Part shown: positions 26,337 to 39,960 of the stretch, piece by piece
Position numbering within the stretch: the first letter of the stretch is position 1
Layout: each line of letters starts with the position of its first letter
NCBI GenBank assembly: GCA_951406725.2
Contig: OX597841.1
Location: 19,716,001 to 19,780,000, forward strand
Reading direction: 5' to 3'
DNA from: Octopus vulgaris
Lineage: Eukaryota
Length of the DNA stretch: 64,000 nt
Translations under genes and position numbers: made by a program
Notes under the pieces: model-generated
What the model saw: the letters and a program-made list of their open reading frames with translations, nothing else
What the model was told of the DNA's origin: nothing
Database searches by the model: none

Positions 26337-26909
26337 TAACTAAACACTTTCAAACTTCGGACACTGGTAGAATGTGTCATTTTTTACTCATAGCGTTTTT
26401 GAGAAAAGCTGATATTTAGGAAGTTATTTCACGTGGTATTTCGGTAATTTCAACCAATCAATGACGTGTATTCAGCTGAATATAATTACTGCTGTTGTTT
26501 GTCAACAAGAACTTCCAGCGGCGTATATTTCGTTTGTCACTGTTAATTATGTCAACCATAACCCTAACCCTAAAACCCTAAAACCCTAACCCTAACACCC
26601 TAACCCTAAAACCCTAACCCTAACCCTAACCCTAAAGCCTTAAAGCTAAAACCAGTACAAACGCACGAACGATGTCATAAATAAGAGTGACAAACGAAAA
26701 ATACACCACCGGAAGTTGTTGCTGACAAACAAGGGCAGTAATTTTATTCAGCTGAATACACGTCATTGATTGGTTGAAATTACCAAACTACTACAACTTT
26801 ATCGTGAAATAACTTCCTAAATATCAGCTTTTCTCAAAAACATTAAGAGTAAAAGATGTTTTATATGACACATTCTACCAGTAATACGATGTTTGAAAGT
26901 GTTTAGTTA
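26337..26909. mobile_element. Fold-back/MITE with ~200-bp inverted arms and a central (TAACCC)n telomeric-type core
   Basis: The left arm taactaaacactttcaaac...tgacgtgtattcagctgaat...tttcgtttgtcac is mirrored by the right arm ending gtttgaaagtgtttagtta. Degenerate TAACCC repeats at ~26558-26640. Confidence 0.8.
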
Positions 26910-27578
26910 CAAAAACTTATTTTTTAAATCTGTCGGTCAAAAGGTAAAGATCCGAATTTATCTATAAATAAATTGTCATAATAAAACTCAGAGTTTTGGA
27001 TACTGGGGATACTAGTCTGCTCCAGCAGCTTATCATCTTTGTAAATGGTGAAATATATACCCTTTTTTTCATCCTTTATAATTGTGTAACTTATACTCGT
27101 GTAGTATATACCTAATGTATATGTGCATGCATATATACATTGTGTACAAATGATTGTATATATACAAGTGTCTCCTTCCTTCATACTCACATATACGTAT
27201 GTATATACGTTTTTATGTCTGCTGGTGTAGATATATCTGTCAGGCAAGAGGGTGTATTTGTGTATATACATCAAGTCTTGCAGCGAAGGGGAATGTTTTG
27301 CAGTTTACGTTTCTTTTATGCGTATGTTTATATTTGTATATACGTCTATTCGCGTATGCACGTGCATGGGCGTATAGAGCTGTGTACATGAGCATTTTGA
27401 TGCGTGGATTTTTGCGTATAGGATTTTTTTAATATGTTTTCCGCGAATGTATATACATGTGCGTATAAACTACGTTTTGTATATCCACGCATGTGTATGT
27501 GTGCGTGCGTGTAGAGTTGTATATATGAGCGTAGTGATGCGTGCATGAGTATATTTACGTGTGTATGTGCATGTATGC

Positions 27579-27628
<50 letters not shown>

Positions 27629-27664
27629 TTGTATGCATATGTACATGTGTGTGTATGCGTGTAT

Positions 27665-27703
<39 letters not shown>

Positions 27704-27833
27704 CATGTGTGTGTGTGCGTACATGTATGTGTGTGTATATGTGTGCATGTGCAGATTCTACGAATGAAGTGTTACTTTCACCATTCCTATTTGAGTAATT
27801 TCCCTTTATTTAACGTTCTTTTTTCACAGCGTT

Positions 27834-27909
27834 TTGTCTTGATAACTGATGAGACGCCGGAGCAGACTTCATCCTCGGTATCCGGAAACTCTGAGTTTTA
27901 TTATGACAA
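27834..27909 (+). ncRNA. Type I hammerhead-like motif
   Basis: ttgtcttgataa-CTGATGA-gacgc-cgga...tccg-GAAA-CTCTGAG-TT-ttattatgacaa. About 12-bp stem I with one mismatch and a palindromic stem III. A degenerate inverted copy lies at ~26973-27040. Confidence 0.6.
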
Positions 27910-27924
27910 CCAACTAACTGTCAC

Positions 27925-28027
<103 letters not shown>

Positions 28028-28059
28028 CATACATATTCATTTTTTTTTTTTTTTTTTAC

Positions 28060-28092
<33 letters not shown>

Positions 28093-28541
28093 ATTTTCCT
28101 TTATATAAATACATTTACATGTTTCGGTTTTTGAAAAACCTTATCAAAAATGTGTGTGCTAAAATGGAATATGTAGAGAGAGAGAAAAGAGGTATTAATA
28201 TTTTAAAATTAAAATTAGAATTAAAATTAAGCTTTTCATAGATTACTTTCTGTTTTCCTGCAAGAGTACATGTTGTTAGACTTGCTGGCATGATAATCTG
28301 AAGTGTCTGTGACCGCAATCTGTTTTTGTAAATTAAATAGTGTGGTCAAGACTTGTTCCCTATAGGAGTGGCTGTAGCAGTCAAATAACTGGCAGCAGTA
28401 ATAATAATTGGCGTTGTGATGAAGTTGAAGAAATCGGTTTCTTCAACTCCTTGTCTTTATTTCTTATGAATAACTTGCATATCCACATATCCATATATAT
28501 ACATACCTACTCATATATACACTCACCCATATACACATATA

Positions 28542-28572
<31 letters not shown>

Positions 28573-28793
28573 TCACATACACACATACAGATACATACAC
28601 ACACTCATATATACATATACATACATGCTTACATCCCAGTAACTTTTGAAAGTATTTATGGAATAAATATTTGGCATAAAAAATAAGTTCTAGGGTAAAT
28701 TTGCTTGACTAAAATCCTTCAATGTGATGCTCCAGCATGGCTGCAGTCAAATGACTGAAACAAATAATATATATATATATATATATATATTGA

Positions 28794-28830
28794 CCCGATG
28801 ACGGGTCAATACCCTGAAACTCGAGTCCGT
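28794..28830 (+). ncRNA. Minimal hammerhead-like motif (U4C core), 5' side cut by (TA)n
   Basis: CCGATGA-c-gggt-caat-accc-t-GAAAC-TCGA-GTC. Palindromic stem III loop and GUC triplet; stem I largely missing. Confidence 0.45.
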
Positions 28831-29040
28831 GTGTATCATAAGTTGAAGACGGGAAGGATGGCTTCCCTTTGCAAATACTGATAGGGCACAGAAAGTGTGT
28901 CAATAGCCAGCTGGAGGAGGTGTCCTCCTGGGGCTACAAACTACAGTAGCATCCACCCTTAGGGGTTAGCCATATTCAAATGGCAAATATACGTCACGAT
29001 GTGTTGCTGCTACTGTTTATAACTCGCTCTGAGATTTATC

Positions 29041-29082
<42 letters not shown>

Positions 29083-29469
29083 CATATATATAAAGACAGA
29101 AATATATACGTCTCTAAAGTGATGAGCGTTAAGAGGCATTAAGCAGGAAAATGTGAAATCCTTGGTGACCCTGGCTCCATCTGTGACTGCAGGGAGCTTG
29201 CCTACCTTATCAGCTCATTGAGATAGTGTTTTTGTGACTATTCAGTTGTTTTGACTCTTATTTCTAGCAATACTGGTGCGATTTGTGCCCTTTCTCAATT
29301 TAGTGATGTATATATATCTCTGCCTTTAGGTTGTAAAATTGCAAATTAGCTGCCTGTTTTATATATGTATGTTCCAGCACACGATCTCAGATCAAATCCC
29401 TTGCTATGTGAGTACATCTCCGTATATATATATATATATATATATATAGATAGATGTGTATATATATAT

Positions 29470-29576
<107 letters not shown>

Positions 29577-29757
29577 AAATAAGAAAATGGAGGAATAGAT
29601 TTCTTTCAATCATCAACTACTATATAATACCAATTCATATAATTTATTAACTAATTATTTAGGAACATCCAGATCAAACAGAATACTACAGAATAAAACA
29701 GTACACATCAATGAGTAAGATAATACCATAAGAACAATGCATATAAATATTAAAATG

Positions 29758-29885
29758 GATCTTACAGCTGTTTCAGCCTGTAGATAAGAGTATCTCATTA
29801 TGCTCATATTAGTCAGATGTATTGAGGTAATATGCAGTTATAAATGAGTTACTTATATATATATCTCAAGGCCTCGTCAGAGATC
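29758..29885 (-). ncRNA. Type I hammerhead ribozyme (canonical core, long stem II)
   Basis: Minus strand: gatct-CTGACGA-ggcct...aggct-GAAA-CAGCTG-TA-agatc. Stem I gatct/agatc; inner stem II pairings agtaactcatt/aatgagatact and catatta/taatatg. Confidence 0.75.
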
Positions 29886-30267
29886 ATAAAGTACAATTAT
29901 AAAGGTGTAAAATGAAGATATAAAGTGCAAATATGAATATTAGAGAAGGTACACATATACAAGAATAAGTATATATACATATATACATGTACATATAAGT
30001 GTATATACACCTACATATACATATGTATAAGTATATAATAATAATATACATACACATAAGGTTACAGTTAATCAGATCTATATACTAGAATATATATACA
30101 TACATATATCCACATCAAAGTGTGTAAAACATTTTACCTTCGCCCATATAATACAATAAATGAATCAATTGCATTGCAATTCTTAGCATCTATGTATTAG
30201 CCTTTCTGGGTACTTCACTGGCAGTATATTGGATAAATGATATCCCATAGTGGGTTACTCTCATAAC

Positions 30268-30336
<69 letters not shown>

Positions 30337-30411
30337 ATTTGTCAATATTTTCGTCGCTAAATTGCACTGCACTGTATGTATGTATGTATGTATGTATGTA
30401 TGTATGTATAG

Positions 30412-30442
<31 letters not shown>

Positions 30443-30824
30443 ATGTATCATGTATGTATGTATGTATGTATGTATGTATGTATGTATGTATGTATGTAGG
30501 TAAGTAGGTAGGTAGGTAGGTAGGTATGTGTGTATGTTTGTATGTATACATGTATGTGTGTGTGTATGTGTGTGTGTGTAGGTATATAGACCCTGCATAA
30601 AACAAGATCAGAACAGAGACATCAGAATGTCATACAACGACATTAGTCTGTGTAATTACCAAAGTTAACCAATTGTAAACTCATCCCTCCTCGGCTAACG
30701 ATCATGTAAACAGCAAACAATTAGACATGCTTTAGTAAACAGTATTTTTTCTTGGACGTATATATATGAGTGTGTGTGTGTGCGTGTGTGCGTGTGTGTG
30801 TGCGTGTGTGCGTGTGTGTATGTG

Positions 30825-30855
<31 letters not shown>

Positions 30856-32014
30856 ACATGTCCCAGTATGTGCACGTGCATGTGTATTAATGTGTGTCTG
30901 TGTGTATAATTTCGTGCGTATGTATGTCTGTGCATGTGTGTATGGGTGTATGTGTACATATGTGCATATGTATGCACGTGTACATATGTGTGCGTGTATG
31001 TGTATGTGTTTACATGTGTGTATATGAGTATATATGTTTGCAAGTGTGTGTGTGTGTGTGTGTAGCAGACTAATCCAGGATTTACTAATCTCGTCGCCAT
31101 ATCTGTTTAGCCAGGAATAGACTGGCCCCGCCGTCAGTTGTGATGACAAGGGTTCGAGGTGATCCGATCAACAGAACAGCTTGCTTGTGAAATTAACGTG
31201 CAAGTGGCTGAGTACTCCACAGACACACATACCTTTCACGTAGTTCTCGGGGAGATTCAGTGTGGCAAAGTTGCCCCCTTTGTATTACTGGTACTACTCA
31301 TTTTTGCCAGCTGATTGGACTGGGGCAACGTGAAATAAAGTGTCTTGCTCAAGAACACAATACCTCACCGGGAACTGAACTCACGATTCGACGATCGTGA
31401 GCCAAACACCCTAACCACTCAGCTATGCACCTTCACCATCAACGAATAAATGACTGGTTTATTTCCCAACCCTGTTTTCTCACCTCTATTAATTCTGACA
31501 TTTTGTCATGGCTGGGAACAAAATCTCTTGAATCCATTTCAAATGCTTCTATGTCAGTTTCACAGGGTTTTGCTTTTGTTTTCTATGAATTAATATGTTT
31601 GTGTGGAACACAAATGGGTCTAAAATGTGAGTACATGAGGGGAGGGGCGGGGTGGCAGGGTGCATAGGGCATCATCATCATCATCATCACCACCGTCACC
31701 GTCATCGTACCGCCACCAACACCAGCACCCGCACCACCAAAACCATCATCACCATTACCAGCACCAGCATCACCATCATCATACCACCACTACCATCACC
31801 ACTTCTACCACCACCACCACCATCATCATCAGCACCATCACTGCCATCACCAACACCACCATCATCTTCACCATCACTAACACCACGACTACTACTACCA
31901 CCACCACCACTACCATCATCACCGTCGTCATCGTCTTCTGTGCTGGCATAGGTTCATCAATTCCACAAGATTCAAGGAGACAGAGGACGGCATCAAGCTC
32001 CAATATCTGCTTTA

Positions 32015-32059
<45 letters not shown>

Positions 32060-32140
32060 CGCACCTCTGTACATATATATATCATATACATACATACATA
32101 TGTATATATATATATATATTTCTTTACTGCCCACAAGGGG

Positions 32141-32316
32141 CTAAGCATAGAGGGGACAAACAAGGACAGATAAAGGGATTAAGTCGATTACATCGACCCC
32201 AGTGCGTAACTGGTACTTAATTTATCGACCCCGAAAGGATGAAAGGCAAAGTCGACCTCGACGGAATTTGAACTCAGAACGTAACGGCAGACGAAATACC
32301 GCAAAGCATTTCGCCC
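32141..32316 (-). mobile_element. SINE family B (partial)
   Basis: ctgagttcaaattccg..gaggtcgactttgcctttcatcctttcggggtcgataaa body shared with 52095, 57120, 58398 and 61148. Confidence 0.75.
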
Positions 32317-32352
32317 ATATATATATATATACATATATATACATATATATAC

Positions 32353-32523
<171 letters not shown>

Positions 32524-32989
32524 AATTAATATAAACAGCTAAGTGTAATATAATACTATAAAGGAAAAAATTTATCGTCGCTAACTGTGACTACATATAC
32601 AGACATTTACATATAGTTCAAATTTATAGAAAAACGAAAGACACAGATAGGTGTATGAACAACAAGCAAGTGTATTAGTTTGATGCTCAAGAAAATGAAA
32701 AAGTCTTTTACATTTTGAGCCTCTGCTCTTCAACAGAAAGGAATAAGAGGAAATAAACAGAGAGAGAATGAAAAAAACCTTGCAGATTTCAGTGGTCCAA
32801 CATGGCGAATATATACATACATATATACATATATACACATGCATACACACACACGCACATCTTTATATATACAGGCACAGGTATAGCTGTGTAGTAAGAC
32901 GCTTGCTTCCCAACCATATGGTACTAGGTTCAGTTCTACTGTGTGGTACCGTGGGAAAGTGTCTTCTACAATCACCCCCAAGCCTTGAG

Positions 32990-33600
32990 TGTTTAACATC
33001 CATTGTCAATGCTAGCATGGGTTGGATGGTGTGACCAGAGCTGGCAAGCCAGAGTGCTGTACTAGACTTCAATCTAACTTGGCATGGCGCATTTACATGT
33101 CGCTACATGGGTGATGCTATGTGGCATTGCACGGGCGCTTTTATATGGCACTACCAAGGGAGATGTACACATCTAGAAGGATTGGTCTTGAAACTTCTAC
33201 TGCAGGTTATGGGTCTTCTTGCATATGGTCCAGCACCAGGTATTTCAGTCCTTGGTCATCTCACCTGAAAGGTGCAGCTTCCTAAGTTCATTCTTCAGTA
33301 TTTCATCCCATGTCTTCCTGGGTTTCCCAGTTCGACATGTTCCATCCACTTCCAGAGATCAGCACTTCCTTAAGGAGCTGTCAGCATCCATCTGCAGCAC
33401 ATGAGCAAACCAGGGCAAGCAATTCCTCTTAAGCCTAACTTCTCTCTCAGAACACTGGCACTCTGTTGAACATGAACACTTACATTACACGTCCAGTGGA
33501 ACTTTCTAGCCTCACTCCTTTATAACCTTCACATGTCTTCTGCATTTTTGGTTCACGTCTCACTACCATACAGAATTGCTGTCCATATACATGCTTCATA
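32990..33600 (-). mobile_element. Degenerate copy of the RTE LINE 3' end seen at 398-1150
   Basis: Shares catcccatgtcttcctgggt, catccatc.gcagcacatga and 3'UTR motifs with the first copy. Confidence 0.65.
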
Positions 33601-33603
33601 CAA

Positions 33604-34262
<659 letters not shown>

Positions 34263-34304
34263 AATCAGTGTGTGTGAGCATGCGTGTGCGTGTGTATATG
34301 CGTG

Positions 34305-35181
34305 CCTGATATATAATTATCCAAACTGTTGCTATAGTAACGAAGCTAAAGGACGAAGAGTGAAGCCACTTTGTACTGATTGACCTTGAACTCTGCAGTG
34401 CATCCGCACTAAGTTCTAACGTTCTAGCTCACTTCCGCTGTTTATAGCAGTGCTTGGAAGGAAGGTGTGTAGCATGTGATCATTGCATCGACCACGACAG
34501 AGAAAGTTGAGCAGAGAATCTGCATCAAATTTTGTTAAAAGTTTGGCGATCCCTGCTCAGAAGCTTACGCTAAGTTTTCAAAAAGTTTTCGATGTTCTCG
34601 ACACAATCAAGGAGATCTTGTGCAACAGAAACACGAGTGTTTTTTGGGGTTTTTTTGTCAGCTGGAAGCAGTTTTGATGCAAACTTGACAAACGCGCATC
34701 TCATACCCAAATCTTCAATGATAATGGACTGAACTGAACCATAACTAATCTGCACATTCTCTGATAACTCACGGATGGTGATTCAACGATTTCCCCTCAT
34801 GGCTGCATTCACATCTGCTATGTTTTTCTCAGTTCTGCTGGTTGCGGGTCTCTCAGAACGTTTTTCAATATCGACATTTTTTCGGTTACCTAGGAAACGT
34901 CTGAACCACTTGTACACTTGTGTGCCACTCATACACTCCTCTCCATACGCTTTCTGCAACTTAGAGTAGGCCTCTGAACAATTTTCTGTCATGGTCAACG
35001 CGATGATCACATGCTACACACCTTCCTTGCAAGCACTGCTGTAAACATCGGAAGTGAGCTAAAACTTTAAAACTTAGTGTACATGCACAGCAGAGTTCAA
35101 GGTTAATCTATACCAGGCAGCTTTACTCTGTGTGCTTTAGCTTTTTTACTATGGTAACTGTCCGGATACTTATTGATCAGA

Positions 35182-35186
<5 letters not shown>
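34305..35186 (-). mobile_element. Mariner-derived element made of two inverted 5' ends with transposase N-terminal (HTH) remnants
   Basis: Minus strand: YSKLQKAYGEECMSGTQVYKWFRRF...RSERPATS and ISYGSVQSII.EDLGMR. Plus strand: EQRICIKFC at ~34510. TIR CGAGGTCTGATCAATAAGTATCCGGA at the right end. Confidence 0.8.
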
Positions 35187-35242
<56 letters not shown>

Positions 35243-35469
35243 GATTACATATATTATTTATTTTTATGCTCAGTTATAATGAAAACAATTTTAAATTAAC
35301 CTGATGGGTTGCTCTATACTTTTGTAGAGTACAAATGTATTATTGTTGTTAATAATGTTGTTGACAGTGAATTCAAAGTTTTAGTCCGCTAAGGCAGCCC
35401 CACACTGTCTTAATTAGCCAACATTTTAAAGTCACCTTCAACAGCATTCTTGTATAAGAATTATATATA

Positions 35470-36360
35470 TCTACTACGTATGTAGGAAATTCTGTCTGTG
35501 GGTGTGTTTATGGAGTTGTTAGCTAACTCCTCCCACATCGTTTTATCGATTTTGATGAAACTTGACACGTGAGTAGAACTCATATCTGGAAACCTCATGG
35601 CGCACTTAGATTGTTGGAAAATATCTATAATAGGGCCCTTGAAAGAGATCCTTATATATATCTAATATATTTTATTTTGAAAACCAAAGGAAATAACTCA
35701 TTCGTCTCTGGAAGGGATCCTTATATATAGCCAAGGGAAATAACCCATTCATTTTCCGAAATCATTTGGTATAAATCAAATTGAGTATGCTTACTTCTTA
35801 GTATTTGATCTGTTAGAGTTATTTTCGCAATTTATCCACTACAACCCTTAAACAAGTAAATAGTATTTTCCTAAACAATAGATCCACTTATTTCGGTTAG
35901 TGACTTATTCACGAATATACCAACACTAGCGCTCCTGAGGGTAATATTCTCTGGGAACGCACAAAAGTCCTTTTCAGAGTAATTTACTTTGAATAATTAT
36001 CTCATATCTGATTAGCCTGTTATTACGTAACATGATTCACGATTTTAGTATACATACCTTATTAGTATTTCCTTCTATCTTCTATATGCTCTGAAGCCCT
36101 TTATTTGAATTCTTACTATCAGGTAACTAATTCCAAGTTTTTGCATAACTGCCTTCACAATTTGGGTATTCATAACTTATTGAGAATTCCTGAAAACAAG
36201 ATCCTGAGTAAGACAGTTCGATATTCTCTGTAAATGCAAAAAGAAAAAAAAACAATTTAAGAGCTACATACTTTGTATTACTGGATTAGCGGAACAATTA
36301 TGAGAACAGAACCAAGGGATAAACCCCGCTTTCCTTGGAATTACCGGGTACATCAGCTAG
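35470..36360 (+). mobile_element. Probable non-autonomous Helitron, third family
   Basis: 5' A|TCTACTAC; 3' ...ccgggtacatcagCTAG|T. Confidence 0.55.
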
Positions 36361-36717
36361 TATATACACATATAGTTGAAAAGAGGTTATGAATCCATAT
36401 AAATCAAAAGTTATAACCTTTGATAAAAAGTGAAAATGGAAACAACACAGAGTTATGTTTAAAGATTCTTTTTATGTTTTTCTTTAATGAACAGAATTTT
36501 TATTATTTTTTTCTTTTATTTGTTTCAGGCATTTGACTGCAGCCATGCTGGAGCACCGCCTTTAGTCAAACAAATCGAGTCCAGGACTTATTCTTCGTAA
36601 ACCTAGTACTTATTCTGTCGGTCCTTTTTGCCGAATCACAAATTCATGGGGATGTAAACATACTAATATCAGTTGTCAAGTGATGGTGGTGGGACAATCA
36701 CAGACACACAAACACGA

Positions 36718-36776
<59 letters not shown>

Positions 36777-36874
36777 CAAAATTTTGTAAGTAAAAAAATT
36801 TATAATCTTCGGATTTTTAAAAAATATGCTAGGCCACTGGTTTTAATTGATTAATATCAATTTCTACCCTTATT

Positions 36875-36965
<91 letters not shown>

Positions 36966-37099
36966 GTGGGGGGGGGATAAGAAAAATCAACGAAAACGCA
37001 CATTGTAAATAAATAAAGGCTTTTTATGAAAGGTAACGACAGATATATACACTTAGATGGACTGAGGTAGTAATACAAGTCATAAAGGTCATTATTATG

Positions 37100-39110
37100 A
37101 GATGATTAAAAAGTCAGAAAGCAAAGCATACCATGGTTTCGTCATAAGCTATTCATTGCTTTGAATAAACACCGGCTAATGAACGGTGTCAGGTCTAATA
37201 GTTCCTGAGTAAAAAGATTATTATAAGGGAGGTAAGTAGTTCTGGATTTAGTGCAGTTGTGTAAGATATAGAATTATAATGTGAATGGTGTAGGGAGAGT
37301 ATAGTGATTAGTGGTGTTAATTGAAGGGTTAATGGTGTTCTGTATTATATTATGTGTTCATATTTAGTTGGGGAAGATATTTGTTGATGAAAATTCCCTC
37401 TTTATTCAACCTTTGTTGCATTGTGGTGTTCTGTGAACATTGATAGAAGGGGAAGATTTGGAAATTGGGATTAAGATTCCTGGCACACCTTTCTATGTGT
37501 TCGCTCACCTTTAACTGTCTGTATTGTGGGTGACGGATTTGCTCTTTGTGGATGGTGGTTCTTCGACGGAGTGATATTCCTGTTTGTCCAATATAGGGGT
37601 TACCACATCCTAAGCATGTCATGACATAGATTAGATTTTCTGAGGCGCAGGTGAAATTTGATTTGATCTTAAATATTTTTCCTTGTTTGAAGTGAAATTC
37701 TGAACCCCCCAAAGTGTGGGGGCATGTTCCACAGTTAGGACGACCACATTTTTTTACTTTTGGCTCTGTTGTTAGTGGATATAGTCTTGCGCTGGTTAAT
37801 TTTTTTCAGTGACTTCGGTTGCCTTTTGGTTTTTATAATTTTGTGAGAGCTTAAAATTTCGCTCATTGTTTTGTCTGCTGTGAGGATGGGAAGATTTTGG
37901 GTGATAATGTTGACGGCTTCGTTGTTTCTAGGGTTATGTGTAGAAATGTACGGGAGTATTTTTAAGTCTGGTTTAGTATTTCGGCCGGTTTGCCTTAACA
38001 TTTGTATATCTATTTCCTTAGCTCTTTTGATGCTTTCATTTATTAATGAGATTGGGTTATGTCTTTTAGTTAGTGTTGATCTAAGTTCAAGGAATCTTTG
38101 TTCACGAGTATATGTATCCAAAACTATGGTACAGATTCTTCTCGCTAGATTAAAAGGTATATTAATTTTTATGTGTTTGGGGTGGCAAGAGTTAAATAAT
38201 AGGTATTGTTTAGAATCTGTGGGTTTATAAATGATGTCTGTTTCTATGTGGTTGTTAACTATTTTCATTAAGATGTCTAGAAAAGGGAGTTGTTTACTGT
38301 TGTGTTCCATAGTGAATTGTATATTGCTGTGTATGTTGTTAAGCATTAATTTGAAATCAAGGAGTTTGTCCATGCTGTCTTTCCAAAGTATGAAGCAATC
38401 ATCCAAATATCTCTTCCAGTTCTCCTTTAAATAGCAATTAAAAGAGGCGCCATATTTTTCTAGTGATGATTGGTATAACTTGAGTTCTAGGTAACCCATT
38501 ACAAGATTTGCAATCACTGGAGCAGCTTTGGTTTCCATTGCGGTTCCACATTTTTGTCGATAGTAGGTTGTATCGAACATGAAAAAATTGTTCAGCAGGA
38601 TGAATTTGAGTGCTTCGATTATAAAACTGGGATCTCTTCTGGGTATTTTTCTAGCCAGAAAGTGATTGCTTCTATACCATAGTCGTGTGGGATATTGGTG
38701 TACAGATTCACCACATCGAAAGATACCAGCAGGGTTCCTTCCTTTACTGTCTTCGGGAGGTGGTTCAGCATGTCTAGGTCATCCCTGATAAAGCTTTTCG
38801 CATATTTTTAAAAAGGTTTGAGTAATATGTCGAGGGAGTTGCTCAAATGGTGGGTTTCACAAGAAGGGTCTCAGTTTGAGGTCAGTAGGGGGAGGGACAT
38901 TAATGCATAGGCTTGTAGAGACTTTGCAGGCTTCACAAATGTGTGGATTTTTATGTATTTTGGGTAATCGGTAGAATAGACTAGGACTGTATTTAAAATT
39001 GGATAAATAGTCTATTTCAAGTTTAGTGAGAACCTTTCCATGAATTTGGAGCAAGGGGGATAAGTTTTTCAGTGTTTTCTGTGGGTTGTAATGTGTTAAT
39101 GTCTCATAGT
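37100..39110 (-). mobile_element. Penelope-like retroelement (RT + GIY-YIG endonuclease), frameshifted and 5'-truncated
   Basis: FYRLPKIHK...LRP, YYRQKCGTAMETKAAP, WKRYLDDCF, IQFTME..LPFLD, YKPTDSKQYL..SCHP, and GIY-YIG NLIYVMTCLGCGNPYIGQTG...H...E. Confidence 0.92.
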
Positions 39111-39677
39111 AAGTTAATTTCACCAGCTCGAGCGACAGTCAACATGCAAAGCAGGATCTTTCCACCACCAACACCTTCATTTCGACGACGCTTTTCTCTG
39201 TCATCACCATCGTCGTCCTTCAACTCTACGTCGTCTCCATCTCCGTCGACTTCAGAAATACGTACACAGCACTCGCTCAGGTTTAGCTTTCTTCCTGTTG
39301 TGATATTCACCGAGGTAAACAACACAGCATTACCTGCGAGAATTCCTGTGTCAAGGGCCCTGGCACGGCATTGAAGCCCCAACCGCTACACGCTATGTGT
39401 TCAACCGTCATTCTGCCTTGTGACTCCAACATACTCTTACAGAACAAACTGCTATTATGTACCTTACTACGAACTGGTCTAATTTAAATACAGTCCTAGT
39501 CCTAGTCTATTCTACCGATTACCCAGAAGAGATCCCAGTTTTATAATCGAAGCACTCTTTCCTATGCTCTGTATTCTGTTTTGCCCGCATACACCTTGTT
39601 TGAACTTCTGTCGCACACACGAACACACAGACACAAACACTTGTCGCATGCACACAGACACTACACTCTGCTAGCAC

Positions 39678-39775
<98 letters not shown>

Positions 39776-39960
39776 TACACTTCCGTAAATAAAGTCTTCT
39801 TCTCTCAAACAGCAGAACGGTTGTCGTCCGCATTAATTCCTCTTCGCCCTTATTCTTTTATGCCATGTATTTTGGCTGGCTTCTTTTGTGGGACGATCGT
39901 GCGGCGTTTAAAAGGAGACATTACTGTCACCCCTCCTTACGTACGGTATTATTCCTTACA
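39111..39960 (+). mobile_element. Possible solo-LTR remnant
   Basis: AATAAA at ~39788 and an end ...ccttaca like the 45471-46591 insert; similar CA/CT-rich composition. The 5' boundary is unclear. Confidence 0.35.

Noticed and set aside
26558-26640. Possible chromosome-end telomere
   Set aside because: It is short, degenerate and enclosed in a fold-back element, so it is interstitial.
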